Below, one piece after another: positions 26,357 through 35,888 of a stretch of DNA of 47,933 bases (positions are counted from its first letter, which is position 1; each line of letters starts with the position of its first letter). The translations under genes were made by a program, and so were the position numbers. Source of the stretch: an uncultured Gammaproteobacteria bacterium. Its GTDB lineage: Bacteria; Patescibacteriota; Microgenomatia; Daviesbacterales; UBA10151. Below the pieces are notes generated by a model, which saw only the letters and a list, made by a program, of their open reading frames with translations, ran no database searches and was not told where the DNA came from. Location: assembly GCA_964362195.1 (NCBI GenBank), contig CAYICZ010000004.1, forward strand, positions 1-47,933. Direction: 5' to 3'.

Positions 26357-27970
26357 ATGAAATATATTTTTGTGTCAGGTGGTGTTATTAGTGGGATTGG
26401 TAAAGGTATTGCTACCTCTTCGATTGCTCTCCTTTTAAAATCTGCAGGTTATAAAGTTTCTCCTATAAAAATGGACCCATACTTAAATGTTGATGCAGGC
26501 ACCATGAATCCAATAGAACACGGTGAGGTGTTTGTTTTGGATGATGGTACGGAAACAGATCAGGATTTGGGTCACTATGAGCGGTTTTTAAATCAATCCT
26601 TAAATAAAAATAATATTGCCACTCAAGGCTCAATTTATCTGTCTGTAATTCAAAGAGAAAGAAATCTGGAATATGACGGTGAATGTGTGGATGTTGTGAC
26701 ATATGTAACAGATGAAATAATTAAAAGAATCAAAGAAGCGGGTAGAGCAAATAATGCAGATGTAGTGGTCATAGAAATTGGCGGGACCTCAGGCGAGTAT
26801 CAAAACGTTTTGTTTTTGGAAGCAAACAGGATCATGAAGTTGAAAAACCCCTCAGATGTGGCCCATGTTCATATAACTTATCTGCCGATTCCAGCCTCAA
26901 TTGGGGAGATGAAGAGCAAGCCCGCTCAAATGTCTGTCCGCGATTTAAATGCAGTGGGGATTCAGCCTGATATACTCTTGGCTCGCTCGGAAAGACCTTT
27001 GGATCAAAACAGGATTAAAAAACTGGCCATCTCAACCGGTTTGGAACCGGAAGATATAATCTCTGCTCCTGATGTGGATTCAATTTATAAAGTGCCTATT
27101 GGTTTTGAAAATCAAAATTTAACAGAAAGGTTACTGGGGAAATTAGGACTTAAAAAAGAGGAAAAAGACTTAAAAGATTGGAGAGAGTTTGTGGAAAAAA
27201 TTGATAAGGCTGCAAAAACTGTAAAAATTGCGATAGTTGGAAAGTACTTCTCAACCGGGGACTTTACTTTAGCTGATTCTTATATTTCTGTGATTGAGGC
27301 AGTTAAACATGCTAGCTGGAGTCAGGGTTTAAAACCGGAAATCACCTGGCTGGATTCAGGTAAAGTTTTGGATAATGTAGAGGTTTTGAAAAAATATCAG
27401 GGGATTATTGTGCCGGGAGGATTTGGTTCAAGGGATATTGAAGGGAAAATTGCCACCATTAAATATGCCAGGGAAAACAAAGTGCCATACTTTGGTTTAT
27501 GTTACGGAATGCAGTTGGCAGTAGTGGAATATGCAAGAGATGTTTTGGAACTTAGCGGAGCTCATACAACAGAAATAGATCCTGATACGAAGTTTCCGGT
27601 AATTCATATAATGCCTGATCAGGAGAAAAAAATGCTGGCCAAAGAGTATGGTGCTACCATGAGACTGGGTGCATGGGACTGTAAGCTGAAAGCCGGGACC
27701 AAAGTAAGATCTTTATATGGAAAAGAAGAAATATCAGAACGTCACAGACACAGGTTTGAATTTAATAATGACTTTTTATCTCAATTTATGAAAAAAGGCT
27801 TGACAATTTCCGGTACTTCACCTGATGGGAAATTAGTAGAGATTATTGAGCTGAAAGATCACCCGTTTTTTGTAGGAACCCAATTTCATCCGGAATTAAA
27901 ATCTCGTCCACTTTCGCCTCATCCATTATTTGTAGGCTTTGTTAAGGCTGCCTCAGAAGTAAAAGTATGA
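26357..27970 (+). CDS. pyrG: CTP synthase
   Basis: SGGVISGIGKG, DPYLNVDAGTMNP, GLCYGMQ, QFHPE. Confidence 0.98.
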   Translation: MKYIFVSGGVISGIGKGIATSSIALLLKSAGYKVSPIKMDPYLNVDAGTMNPIEHGEVFVLDDGTETDQDLGHYERFLNQSLNKNNIATQGSIYLSVIQRERNLEYDGECVDVVTYVTDEIIKRIKEAGRANNADVVVIEIGGTSGEYQNVLFLEANRIMKLKNPSDVAHVHITYLPIPASIGEMKSKPAQMSVRDLNAVGIQPDILLARSERPLDQNRIKKLAISTGLEPEDIISAPDVDSIYKVPIGFENQNLTERLLGKLGLKKEEKDLKDWREFVEKIDKAAKTVKIAIVGKYFSTGDFTLADSYISVIEAVKHASWSQGLKPEITWLDSGKVLDNVEVLKKYQGIIVPGGFGSRDIEGKIATIKYARENKVPYFGLCYGMQLAVVEYARDVLELSGAHTTEIDPDTKFPVIHIMPDQEKKMLAKEYGATMRLGAWDCKLKAGTKVRSLYGKEEISERHRHRFEFNNDFLSQFMKKGLTISGTSPDGKLVEIIELKDHPFFVGTQFHPELKSRPLSPHPLFVGFVKAASEVKV

Positions 27971-28093
27971 GCAAAATTTGTTGTACAGGTAGATCAATTA
28001 AAGGGAAGTTTAGAATTCAAAAAGACTGGCATTCGCGGTCGGTCGAAACCTTAGGCTAGTCCAGTCATCGTGATGTAATTATTGTAACATAAT

Positions 28094-28756
28094 ATGGATA
28101 AAAAGCAAGGTAGATTAATTGTAATAGATGGAATAGATGGATCAGGAAAAACAACCCAGATTGAACTCTTAAAACAATATTTAGCCTCGCAAGGCCTGGC
28201 CTTGCAAGTTGAAGTGATAAATTTTCCAAGATATGAAGATAATGAATATGGGAAATTAATAAAGCGATATTTGGAGGGGGAGTTTGGGGATGTGAGTCCT
28301 TATTTAATCTCGCTAGCGTTTGCAGGGGATAGGTTTTTAGCAAGACCCTTGATTGAGGAATGGTTAAGAGAAGGAAAAATAGTTATAGCAAATAGATATG
28401 TTTCATCCTCCAAAGCTCACCTTAGTACTAATCTTCCAGAAGAAAAAAGGAAAGAGTTCATGGAATGGATTGACAGATTGGAGTATCAAATAAATGGTAT
28501 GCCAAAGCCGGATTTAAATATTCTTTTAAATGTTGATCCAAAAATTGGGCAAAAAAATGCTTTGAGTAAAAATTTACCTGATATTCATGAAAAAAGCATA
28601 CAGCATGAAGAAAAAGCTGCAAAAATTTATTTAGATCTTTCAAGGACGGAAGGGAATTGGGTAGTTGTAAATTGTATGATTGGTGATAAAATGAGGCCCA
28701 AAGAAGATATACAAAAGGATATAACTGTTATCTTAAATCTAACAAATGAGCATTAA
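28094..28756 (+). CDS. tmk: Thymidylate kinase
   Basis: DGIDGSGKTTQ, FPRY, ANRY, PDL. Confidence 0.92.
   Translation: MDKKQGRLIVIDGIDGSGKTTQIELLKQYLASQGLALQVEVINFPRYEDNEYGKLIKRYLEGEFGDVSPYLISLAFAGDRFLARPLIEEWLREGKIVIANRYVSSSKAHLSTNLPEEKRKEFMEWIDRLEYQINGMPKPDLNILLNVDPKIGQKNALSKNLPDIHEKSIQHEEKAAKIYLDLSRTEGNWVVVNCMIGDKMRPKEDIQKDITVILNLTNEH
28189..28205. repeat. Perfect palindrome in frame in tmk (QGLAL)
   Basis: GCAAGGCC-T-GGCCTTGC. Confidence 0.6.
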
Positions 28757-29234
28757 AACAAAAACCCAGGTAGGCTTAATAATTATTTTAGCAGTATTTG
28801 CCTTAAGTTTACTTTTGTCTCAAAAAGCTACTCCAAATGTTTCTCCTCTTTTTAGTCTTAAAAGAGTTCAGGAAAAAGTTTTTCTTAAATTAAAATCAAA
28901 TCCGGAAGCAAGAGTAGATTATATGGTTTTTTTATTAAACAACAGATTATATGAACTGGATGCAGTAGTTAAGGCTAAAAGCTATGACTTCGTGCTTCCA
29001 TCCGCTTCCAGGTATTCAACTTTAGCCGGGCAAATTACAGATTTAATTATTGCAAATAATATAAAAGATAGTATAGAGCCTGTTAAAAAGATATTTGAAA
29101 ATCATAGTAAAGTTTTAAATGATTTGTATGTATTTTACCCTGAAAATATTCAGGATAATGTGGAATGGAAATATATTCAGGATGATATAAACTATTTAAA
29201 AATTTATCTTGATCAGCTATCATCTGTTAAATAA
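28746..29234 (+). CDS. Membrane-anchored DUF5667-like protein
   Basis: TM then P..PLFSLKRVQEKV...RL.E. Confidence 0.6.
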   Translation: MSIKTKTQVGLIIILAVFALSLLLSQKATPNVSPLFSLKRVQEKVFLKLKSNPEARVDYMVFLLNNRLYELDAVVKAKSYDFVLPSASRYSTLAGQITDLIIANNIKDSIEPVKKIFENHSKVLNDLYVFYPENIQDNVEWKYIQDDINYLKIYLDQLSSVK

Positions 29235-29869
29235 TGGTAAAAAAATCTTCAAAAAAAACATCTACCCAAGGTATAGTTGGAACTTTGCCTGATTGGGTAA
29301 TTAAAGAATATATTAAAAAAAAGATCATTAAAATTGACCCGCTTCCAAAAGAATGGGAAGAAGCAGTGGATGAGGTCACCATAGATTTTCATTTGGGAAA
29401 TAAACTAAGAGTTTTTAGCGGGGATGGCTGGGATATTATAGATACCAAATATGCCACGAAAGTTGATATGGAAAAAATGATGAAGCTGGGGGAGCTAAAA
29501 CCAGGTCAGCCATTTATTTTAACAGACCATGATTTTGTGATTGCCACTACTAAAGAAAAACTAACCTTGCCTGATAATATTGTGGGTCATTTGCATGGAA
29601 AATCATCTTTAGCAAGACTGGGAGTGGTTGTCCATTCAACTGCTGCCAGGTTTGACCCGGGTTGGGATGGGCATCCGGTTTTGGAATTTGGCACTTTTTT
29701 AAAAGGTAAAAAGTTAGTAATTTATGAAGGATCCCCAATTTGTGCTTTTTCTTTTGAAAAGCTATCAGCACCGGTGAGTAGATCTTATAAAGCTTCTCCT
29801 AATAATAGATATGGGGGATCAGATATGCCGCAAGTTTCTAATTTAATGGGAAAAAGAAAAAGGAAATGA
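29234..29869 (+). CDS. dcd: dCTP deaminase
   Basis: IDFHLG, GKSSLARLG, HSTA, DPGWDG, VLEF. Confidence 0.88.
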   Translation: MVKKSSKKTSTQGIVGTLPDWVIKEYIKKKIIKIDPLPKEWEEAVDEVTIDFHLGNKLRVFSGDGWDIIDTKYATKVDMEKMMKLGELKPGQPFILTDHDFVIATTKEKLTLPDNIVGHLHGKSSLARLGVVVHSTAARFDPGWDGHPVLEFGTFLKGKKLVIYEGSPICAFSFEKLSAPVSRSYKASPNNRYGGSDMPQVSNLMGKRKRK

Positions 29870-30426
29870 GCGTACTTGGAATAAATGAAATCCACAAAAG
29901 AATTAAAAAGCACGGCTTAATTAAAAATTTAGGCAAAAGAGAGCTTGAGAACCCGGAAGGAGTGGGAATTGATCTTCGCTTAGGTTCTGTTCATAAAATA
30001 ATCAAGGGTGGAGCTTTTATAGAAATGGATGGAGTGGAGTTGGGAAAAAGATTAGGGGTGGAAACAAAACTAGTTGCGCAGTTTGTGGAAGGAAAAGTAC
30101 AAGAGGTTGTTATAAAACCTGGACAATATTTTTTAGTACAAACTTACGAGGAAATAAATACACCTTTGGATTTAATGCCTTTACTTCATCCCAGAACTTC
30201 CCTTTTTAGATCAGGACTACTGCTTTTAAATTCTAAAACAGATCCGGGCTATGTTGGCAAACTCACCATGGGACTTACAAATTTATCCCCCTTTCCTGTA
30301 AAGCTGCAACTGGGTGCCAGGATTTGTAATATAATCTTTCATAAAATAGAAGGAAAAACTGTTAAGTATAGGGGGCAGCATCAGGGAGGCAGAGTTTCTC
30401 CCAAAAAAACAGAAAGGCAGGTATGA
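29866..30426 (+). CDS. dCTP deaminase/dUTPase family paralog, probably dUTPase
   Basis: [26 protein letters not shown]; lacks the deaminase Glu (LTMGL). Confidence 0.7.
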   Translation: MSVLGINEIHKRIKKHGLIKNLGKRELENPEGVGIDLRLGSVHKIIKGGAFIEMDGVELGKRLGVETKLVAQFVEGKVQEVVIKPGQYFLVQTYEEINTPLDLMPLLHPRTSLFRSGLLLLNSKTDPGYVGKLTMGLTNLSPFPVKLQLGARICNIIFHKIEGKTVKYRGQHQGGRVSPKKTERQV

Positions 30427-31376
30427 AAAAGCACGAAGAATACCAATATCTGGATCTATTAAAAGACATCATGAAAAATGGGGTAAACAAGCCTGTTTTT
30501 AATAATCCGGGGGTCCACATCAAATCTGTTTTTGGCAGGCAACTAAGGTTTGATTTATCAAAAGGTTTTCCTTTGCTTACAACCAAAAAAGTATTTTTGC
30601 GCGGAATTATTCATGAACTGCTTTGGTTTATAAAAGGGGATTCAAATATTAAATATCTGGTTGATTGTGACGTGCATATTTGGGATGAATGGGCGTATAA
30701 AGCTTACAAAGTGCAAAGTGCAAAGGGAAAAGTGAAAAGTTTAACACAGGAAGAATTTATACAAAAAATAAAACAGCTACCAACCAGTGATCCTTTTGTT
30801 AAAAATTGGGGGGATTTGGGAAATGTTTATGGAGTGCAGTGGAGAAAATGGAAAACATCTGATGGAAGGATAATTGATCAGCTGGCTTGGGCCATTAATG
30901 AGTTAAAAACCACCCCTTTTAGAAAATCAATTGTTGTTTCTGCCTGGAATCCGGAATTTATTTATGAGATGGCCTCACCTGGGAAATCCATGGCCCTGCC
31001 TCCCTGCCATACTCTTTTTCAATTTAATGTAAAGGCTGGCAGGTTATCACTGCAACTTTATCAGCGCTCTGCAGATACATTTTTAGGTGTTCCTTTCAAC
31101 ATAGCATCTTATGCTTTATTTACGCAGATGGTCGCTCAAGTGGTGGGATTTAAACCCGGAGAATTTGTCCATACATTTGGTGACGTACATATATATAGTA
31201 ATCATATGAGTCAGGTTAAAGAGCAATTAAAGAGGGTTCCAAGAAAATTTCCAAAAATGAAAATTAATCCTAAGATAAAAAATATTGATGATTTTAAACT
31301 GGAAGACTTTACCCTTGAGAACTACAATCCATATCCTCCTATTAAGGGAGAGGTGACAGTAGTAGGAGGATTTTGA
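30423..31376 (+). CDS. thyA: Thymidylate synthase
   Basis: [31 protein letters not shown]. Confidence 0.97.
   Translation: MKKHEEYQYLDLLKDIMKNGVNKPVFNNPGVHIKSVFGRQLRFDLSKGFPLLTTKKVFLRGIIHELLWFIKGDSNIKYLVDCDVHIWDEWAYKAYKVQSAKGKVKSLTQEEFIQKIKQLPTSDPFVKNWGDLGNVYGVQWRKWKTSDGRIIDQLAWAINELKTTPFRKSIVVSAWNPEFIYEMASPGKSMALPPCHTLFQFNVKAGRLSLQLYQRSADTFLGVPFNIASYALFTQMVAQVVGFKPGEFVHTFGDVHIYSNHMSQVKEQLKRVPRKFPKMKINPKIKNIDDFKLEDFTLENYNPYPPIKGEVTVVGGF
30707..30741. repeat. Period-7 tract in thyA ([11 protein letters not shown])
   Basis: CAAAGTG CAAAGTG CAAAGGG AAAAGTG AAAAGTT. Confidence 0.85.
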
Positions 31377-31855
31377 TGCAAATTAGTATGATTGCGGCAA
31401 TAGCATCTGAAAATAGGGCTTTAGGAAGAGATAATGAATTAATTTATAAAATTCCTGAAGATTTAAAACGGTTTAAAGAATTAACCTCAGGTCATGTTGT
31501 TATTATGGGCAGAAAAACTTTTGAATCAATTGGTAAAGCGCTGCCTAACAGGATAAATATTGTTATTACCCATGATCCTAATTTTTCAGCAGAAAATGTG
31601 GTGGTTGCCCATTCTCTTGATGAAGCATTGAGACTGGCTGAATTAAAAGAAGAAAAAGAAGTTTTCGTAATTGGTGGAGGAATGCTTTATAAAGAAGCAA
31701 TTGAAAAAGCAGATAAACTTTATTTAACAATTGTAGAAGGCTCACCTGATGCAGATACTTATTTTCCGGATTATTCTGAATTTAAAAAGAAAGTCTTTGA
31801 AGAAAGCCATGAGGAAGATGGTTTGAAGTATAAATTCTTAGACCTTGAAAGATAA
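31376..31855 (+). CDS. folA: Dihydrofolate reductase
   Basis: IAA, EDLKRFK, MGRKTFESI, LPNR, IGGG, DTYFP. Confidence 0.96.
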   Translation: MQISMIAAIASENRALGRDNELIYKIPEDLKRFKELTSGHVVIMGRKTFESIGKALPNRINIVITHDPNFSAENVVVAHSLDEALRLAELKEEKEVFVIGGGMLYKEAIEKADKLYLTIVEGSPDADTYFPDYSEFKKKVFEESHEEDGLKYKFLDLER

Positions 31856-31941
31856 CATATTTTATAGTAAACTTACACACATTACACACTCATAATTTTA
31901 AGTCTCTGAAGCTATATAACTATGAGGAGGATCAAGAGACT
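31845..31941 (+). promoter_or_regulatory. rpsB promoter and S2-leader (t44-like) element
   Basis: TTGAAA-17-TAAACT; leader has ACACAC twice and a CTCATA/TATGAG stem ending at GAGGAGG, as in S2 autoregulatory leaders. Confidence 0.6.
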
Positions 31942-32772
31942 ATGTATAAGCTACCTACTTTAGAAGAACTTTTGGAAGCTGGTGTTCATTTTGGACACCA
32001 GGTTAGACGTGGTCATCCCAGGATGAAGCCATATATTTATGGAGCCAGAGAAGGTGTCCACATTATTGATTTAACTTTATCTGAAAAAAATTTAAAAGAA
32101 GCTTGTGAATTTGTATATAATTTAGGCAGGGATGGAAAAGTTCTGCTTTTTGTAGGAACAAAAAAGCAAGCCAGACCAATTGTGGAAGAAGCTGTAAAAG
32201 CTTCAGTTGCCCCTTACATGATTGAAAGGTGGATGGGTGGATTTTTAACTAATTTTGAAGAGATTAAAAAAAGAATTAAGCTTTTGAAAGACTTAAGAGA
32301 ACAGAAAACAAAAGGTGAGTTGTCCAAGTACACAAAAAAAGAGCAACTCTTACTTGATAGAAAAATGATTGGTTTAGAAAAAGATTTTAAGGGAGTTATG
32401 GATATGGTTGGCATGCCGGATGCTATATTTGTAGTGGACGGCGTCTCAGATAATATTGCTGTTAAAGAAGCAATCAGGCTGGGGATAAAAGTGGTGGCTA
32501 TTGCCGATTCAAATTGTAATGTGTCTGAAATAGATTACCCGATTCCGGGAAATGATGATGCCATAAAATCTATTACAATATTAGTGGGGGCAGTAGCGAC
32601 AGCTTACGAAGAAGGGAAAAAATCCCACTCCGCTAAAGCTTCGCAAGACAAGGAAGCAGCAGAGAAAAAAGCTCTTGAGGTTGAATTACCCGAGGAGATA
32701 AAGTTGGAAGTGGCTGAAGCAGAGGAAAAGATTGAAAAAGCAGCTGTTAAAGATGCAGAAAGAGTAGTATGA
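31942..32772 (+). CDS. rpsB: 30S ribosomal protein S2
   Basis: LLEAGVHFGH, FVGTKKQA, RWMGGFLTN, IPGNDDA. Confidence 0.98.
   Translation: MYKLPTLEELLEAGVHFGHQVRRGHPRMKPYIYGAREGVHIIDLTLSEKNLKEACEFVYNLGRDGKVLLFVGTKKQARPIVEEAVKASVAPYMIERWMGGFLTNFEEIKKRIKLLKDLREQKTKGELSKYTKKEQLLLDRKMIGLEKDFKGVMDMVGMPDAIFVVDGVSDNIAVKEAIRLGIKVVAIADSNCNVSEIDYPIPGNDDAIKSITILVGAVATAYEEGKKSHSAKASQDKEAAEKKALEVELPEEIKLEVAEAEEKIEKAAVKDAERVV
32623..32653. repeat. Palindromic element in frame in the rpsB tail (SHSAKASQDK)
   Basis: Minus strand TCTTGC-GAA-GC-TTTA-GC-GGA-GTGGGA; same GAA/GGA internal loop as the fmt element. Confidence 0.65.
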
Positions 32773-33218
32773 ATCTAGATCTAATAAAAAAACTACGGGA
32801 ACAGACAGGGGCAGGAATAGCCGATTGCAAAGAGGCTTTAAAAGAATCTAAAAATGATCTTGAATTTGCCAAAGATATTTTGCGAAAAAGAGGTTTTGAA
32901 AAAGGAGCAAAAAAGTCAGACAGAGAAGTTAAAGCAGGTTTGGTGGATGTTTATTCTCATAATGGAAAAGTTGGGGTTTTAGTTGAGGTTTTGTGTGAGA
33001 GCGATTTTGTGGCCAGGACAGATGATTTTAAAAATCTCTCGCATGAACTCTCATTGCAAATTGCTTCTATGAATCCTTCATCTGTTGAAGAATTGCTGGC
33101 GCAGGAGTATATTAGAGACAATTCAATGACTATTGATCAGCTAATAAAATCAGTTTCCTCTAAACTGGGAGAGAATATTCAAGTTGGAAGATTTGAGCGC
33201 ATAGCGCTCGGCGAATAA
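32769..33218 (+). CDS. tsf: Elongation factor Ts (short form)
   Basis: IKKLREQTGAGIADCKEAL, CESDFVAR, LGENI. Confidence 0.95.
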   Translation: MNLDLIKKLREQTGAGIADCKEALKESKNDLEFAKDILRKRGFEKGAKKSDREVKAGLVDVYSHNGKVGVLVEVLCESDFVARTDDFKNLSHELSLQIASMNPSSVEELLAQEYIRDNSMTIDQLIKSVSSKLGENIQVGRFERIALGE

Positions 33219-33223
33219 TCTAA

Positions 33224-33778
33224 ATGGATCCTAATTTAACGCAGCCATTTGAAAAAATAGAAAGCACACTCCATCATTTTAAGGTGGAAATTGCAGGAAT
33301 CCGGGCAGGCAGGGCAAATCCGGGTTTAATAGAAAATATTCCGGTTGAAGCATATGGCGGGAAAATGAAATTAATTGAGGTGGGGAATATTTCTGTTCCT
33401 CAGTCCTCTTTACTTACAGTTTCTGTCTGGGATGCCTCGATTTTGCAAAATGTGATCAAAGCAATTCAGGAAGCTAATTTAGGTTTAAATCCCTCAAACG
33501 AAGGAACACTAATCAGGTTGGCAATCCCTCCGCTAACTCAGGAGAGACGTGAAGAGTTTATAAAAATCCTGCACTCAAAAATGGAGGAAGCTAAAGTGCA
33601 GATCAGGCAGGTAAGAGCGGATTTTAGAAATGACTGGAAGGCGCAGTCTGAAGATGGAACAATATCTGAGGATGAATTTAACAGAAGAGAAAAACTACTG
33701 CAGGAGCTGGTTGATAAAAAAATAAATGAAGTTGAAGATTTAGGAAAAGCCAAGACTGAAGAGTTAATACAAATTTGA
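33224..33778 (+). CDS. frr: Ribosome recycling factor
   Basis: IRAGRANP, LGLNP, IPPLTQERR. Confidence 0.96.
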   Translation: MDPNLTQPFEKIESTLHHFKVEIAGIRAGRANPGLIENIPVEAYGGKMKLIEVGNISVPQSSLLTVSVWDASILQNVIKAIQEANLGLNPSNEGTLIRLAIPPLTQERREEFIKILHSKMEEAKVQIRQVRADFRNDWKAQSEDGTISEDEFNRREKLLQELVDKKINEVEDLGKAKTEELIQI

Positions 33779-34860
33779 TGATCTTTTCTATAATCATTTT
33801 TATTTTCACCCTACTGATTTTAGTTGTGATTCATGAACTGGGTCATTTTTTAATGGCCAAAAAATTTGGTATAAAAGTAGAAGAGTTTGGTTTTGGTATT
33901 CCTCCTAAAATTTGGGGTAAAAAGATAGGTGAAACTTTGTATTCACTAAACGCCCTGCCTTTGGGAGGATTTGTCAGGCTTTTGGGGGAAGATGATCCCG
34001 GGCGCCCGCAAAATATCAGAGACTTTCGGGCAAAACCGGTTCATCAGAGAATAATCGTAGTGGTGGCAGGAGTGACAATGAATTTAGTTTTGGCCTGGGC
34101 TATTTTTTACACAATTTTAATTTATCAAAATTTTAAAATAATTTATCCAACTCTTGAGCCGGCTGTATATATTGGATTTTTAGAAAAGGATTTCCCGGCA
34201 GAAAAATCAGGAATAAATATAGGGGATAGAATTTTAAAAGTAGATAGTAAAGATGTTAAAACAATTGAAACAGCCAGGAATTTCATTAAAGAGAAAAAAG
34301 GTAATCCGGTCACTTTGACTTTATCTGATATTGAAGGAAACAATCAAAAAATAATACAAGTGATCCCGAAACTTGTTGAAAAGGGAGATTTTTTAATCGG
34401 TGTTGGGTTTAGTCCTTTGGCTATAAAACAATACAAAACTCCAACTGAAAAACTATTTTCCGGAATAGCTTATTCCTGGAATCTAACCAAATTAACTTTT
34501 GGCGGTTTTGGAAAACTCCTAACGGATTTAATTACCGGTAATTTTAAAACAGCTTCCGAATCTGTAAGTGGACCGGTTGGGCTTGCCAATATGAGCAATG
34601 ATATTCTCTCCTCAGGTAGACAAGCTCTACCTTTTTACCTTTGGTTTATGGGAGTAATTTCTTTGACTTTATCAATTTTTAATGTATTACCTATTCCTGC
34701 TCTGGATGGGGGAAGACTTTTATTTTTGGTAATTGAGGCAACTTTTAAAAAAAAGGTCAGGGAAGATATTGAGATGAGAGTACATCAGATAGGTTTTGTG
34801 ATTTTGCTTAGCCTGGCGCTTTTGGTGACTTATTCTGATATTAGTAAAATATTTCATTGA
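33778..34860 (+). CDS. rseP: RseP-like M50 intramembrane protease with PDZ domain
   Basis: HELGH, PLGGFV, PDZ-like PAEKSGI, NVLPIPALDGG. Confidence 0.92.
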   Translation: MIFSIIIFIFTLLILVVIHELGHFLMAKKFGIKVEEFGFGIPPKIWGKKIGETLYSLNALPLGGFVRLLGEDDPGRPQNIRDFRAKPVHQRIIVVVAGVTMNLVLAWAIFYTILIYQNFKIIYPTLEPAVYIGFLEKDFPAEKSGINIGDRILKVDSKDVKTIETARNFIKEKKGNPVTLTLSDIEGNNQKIIQVIPKLVEKGDFLIGVGFSPLAIKQYKTPTEKLFSGIAYSWNLTKLTFGGFGKLLTDLITGNFKTASESVSGPVGLANMSNDILSSGRQALPFYLWFMGVISLTLSIFNVLPIPALDGGRLLFLVIEATFKKKVREDIEMRVHQIGFVILLSLALLVTYSDISKIFH

Positions 34861-34876
34861 TTGTTATACTGAATTT

Positions 34877-35878
34877 GTGATTAGACTGCTCAGTATACTA
34901 ACTATAATTTTAGCAATTATCCTTTTTCCTCCTGCTACCCTGGCAGTCCTGTCCAATAATGCTGTGCCAGGAGATGCAGCATATCCTATTAAAAGAACCT
35001 TGGAAGATGTTATTTATGCAGCTGCTTCTATTAATCCAACATCTAAAGCCTGGTTTTCTGCAGCCAGATCTGATCGAAGATATAAGGAGATTAAAATATT
35101 AGTTACTTCAGGGAAACAAGCCAAAACAACTCTTCAAGAACTAGTTTCTCAGGCTGATATAACGGTAGAACAGATGACACAGGTTCAAGATAAAACACAA
35201 AGAAAACAGCTACTTAATGATTATGTGCAAACTTTAGATAAATATGAAGAAAACTTAAAACAATTAAGTTCTGATGTAACTCCTACTCAAACTCCTACTC
35301 CTATACCTACAGTTACAGCTGTACCTTCAGTTAAACCACAGCCTACTGGCGTACAACCAACTCTAACTTCAGTTCCAACCCCTATTCCAACACCTTCTCC
35401 AGAGCCGATAAATTCTAATCCGCCTGTTTCTCTTACCTCTCCTACTGATCTTAATAATGCAGCAGATCAACTGAAGAAAATTCAAGATAAAGCAAAGAAT
35501 GCAACTCTGTCAAGTATTGGACCTTTATCTATAATAGGAGATACAGCTCCTCAAAATTTGCCGACACCTACTCCAAAGGTAAGTCCTTTCCCAACATGTA
35601 AAACGGATTGCGGGTATTGTACTACCAGGCAACTTTGTGATCAGGGAAAAGTTTATGATACTTGTGTAGATAATTTAGACAGGAAAAATGATGATAAGGC
35701 TTTCTGCACTGGGCCAGAGGCAAAAACTTTCAGATGTTATGCCTCGGATAATGAGTTTTGCAGAAGTGTAGATCCCAACAATCCTTCAAATGAGTTTATC
35801 TATTCTTGCTTAGCTTGTAACAGCCCAACTTTAACTCCTGGGTTCAAGCCAATTCCACTGAATGATAATTTAGAGTAG
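34877..35878 (+). CDS. Surface protein: DUF5667-like domain, Pro/Thr linker, Cys-rich C-terminus
   Basis: N-terminal TM; AVPGDAAYPIKR; PT repeats; 10 Cys in the last ~95 aa. Confidence 0.7.
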   Translation: MIRLLSILTIILAIILFPPATLAVLSNNAVPGDAAYPIKRTLEDVIYAAASINPTSKAWFSAARSDRRYKEIKILVTSGKQAKTTLQELVSQADITVEQMTQVQDKTQRKQLLNDYVQTLDKYEENLKQLSSDVTPTQTPTPIPTVTAVPSVKPQPTGVQPTLTSVPTPIPTPSPEPINSNPPVSLTSPTDLNNAADQLKKIQDKAKNATLSSIGPLSIIGDTAPQNLPTPTPKVSPFPTCKTDCGYCTTRQLCDQGKVYDTCVDNLDRKNDDKAFCTGPEAKTFRCYASDNEFCRSVDPNNPSNEFIYSCLACNSPTLTPGFKPIPLNDNLE

Positions 35879-35888
35879 AATATTGATA

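Noticed and set aside
33999-34008. CGGGCGCCCG palindrome in an rseP loop (coordinates approximate); also a GC-rich patch near 46245 in cysS
   Set aside because: Too short and lacking the GA-loop architecture; could be chance, though a covariance-model scan should revisit them.
35275-35410. Repeats in the Pro/Thr linker as part of the heptamer system
   Set aside because: Period is 6 (CCTACT-like) and explained by the PT dipeptide repeat.
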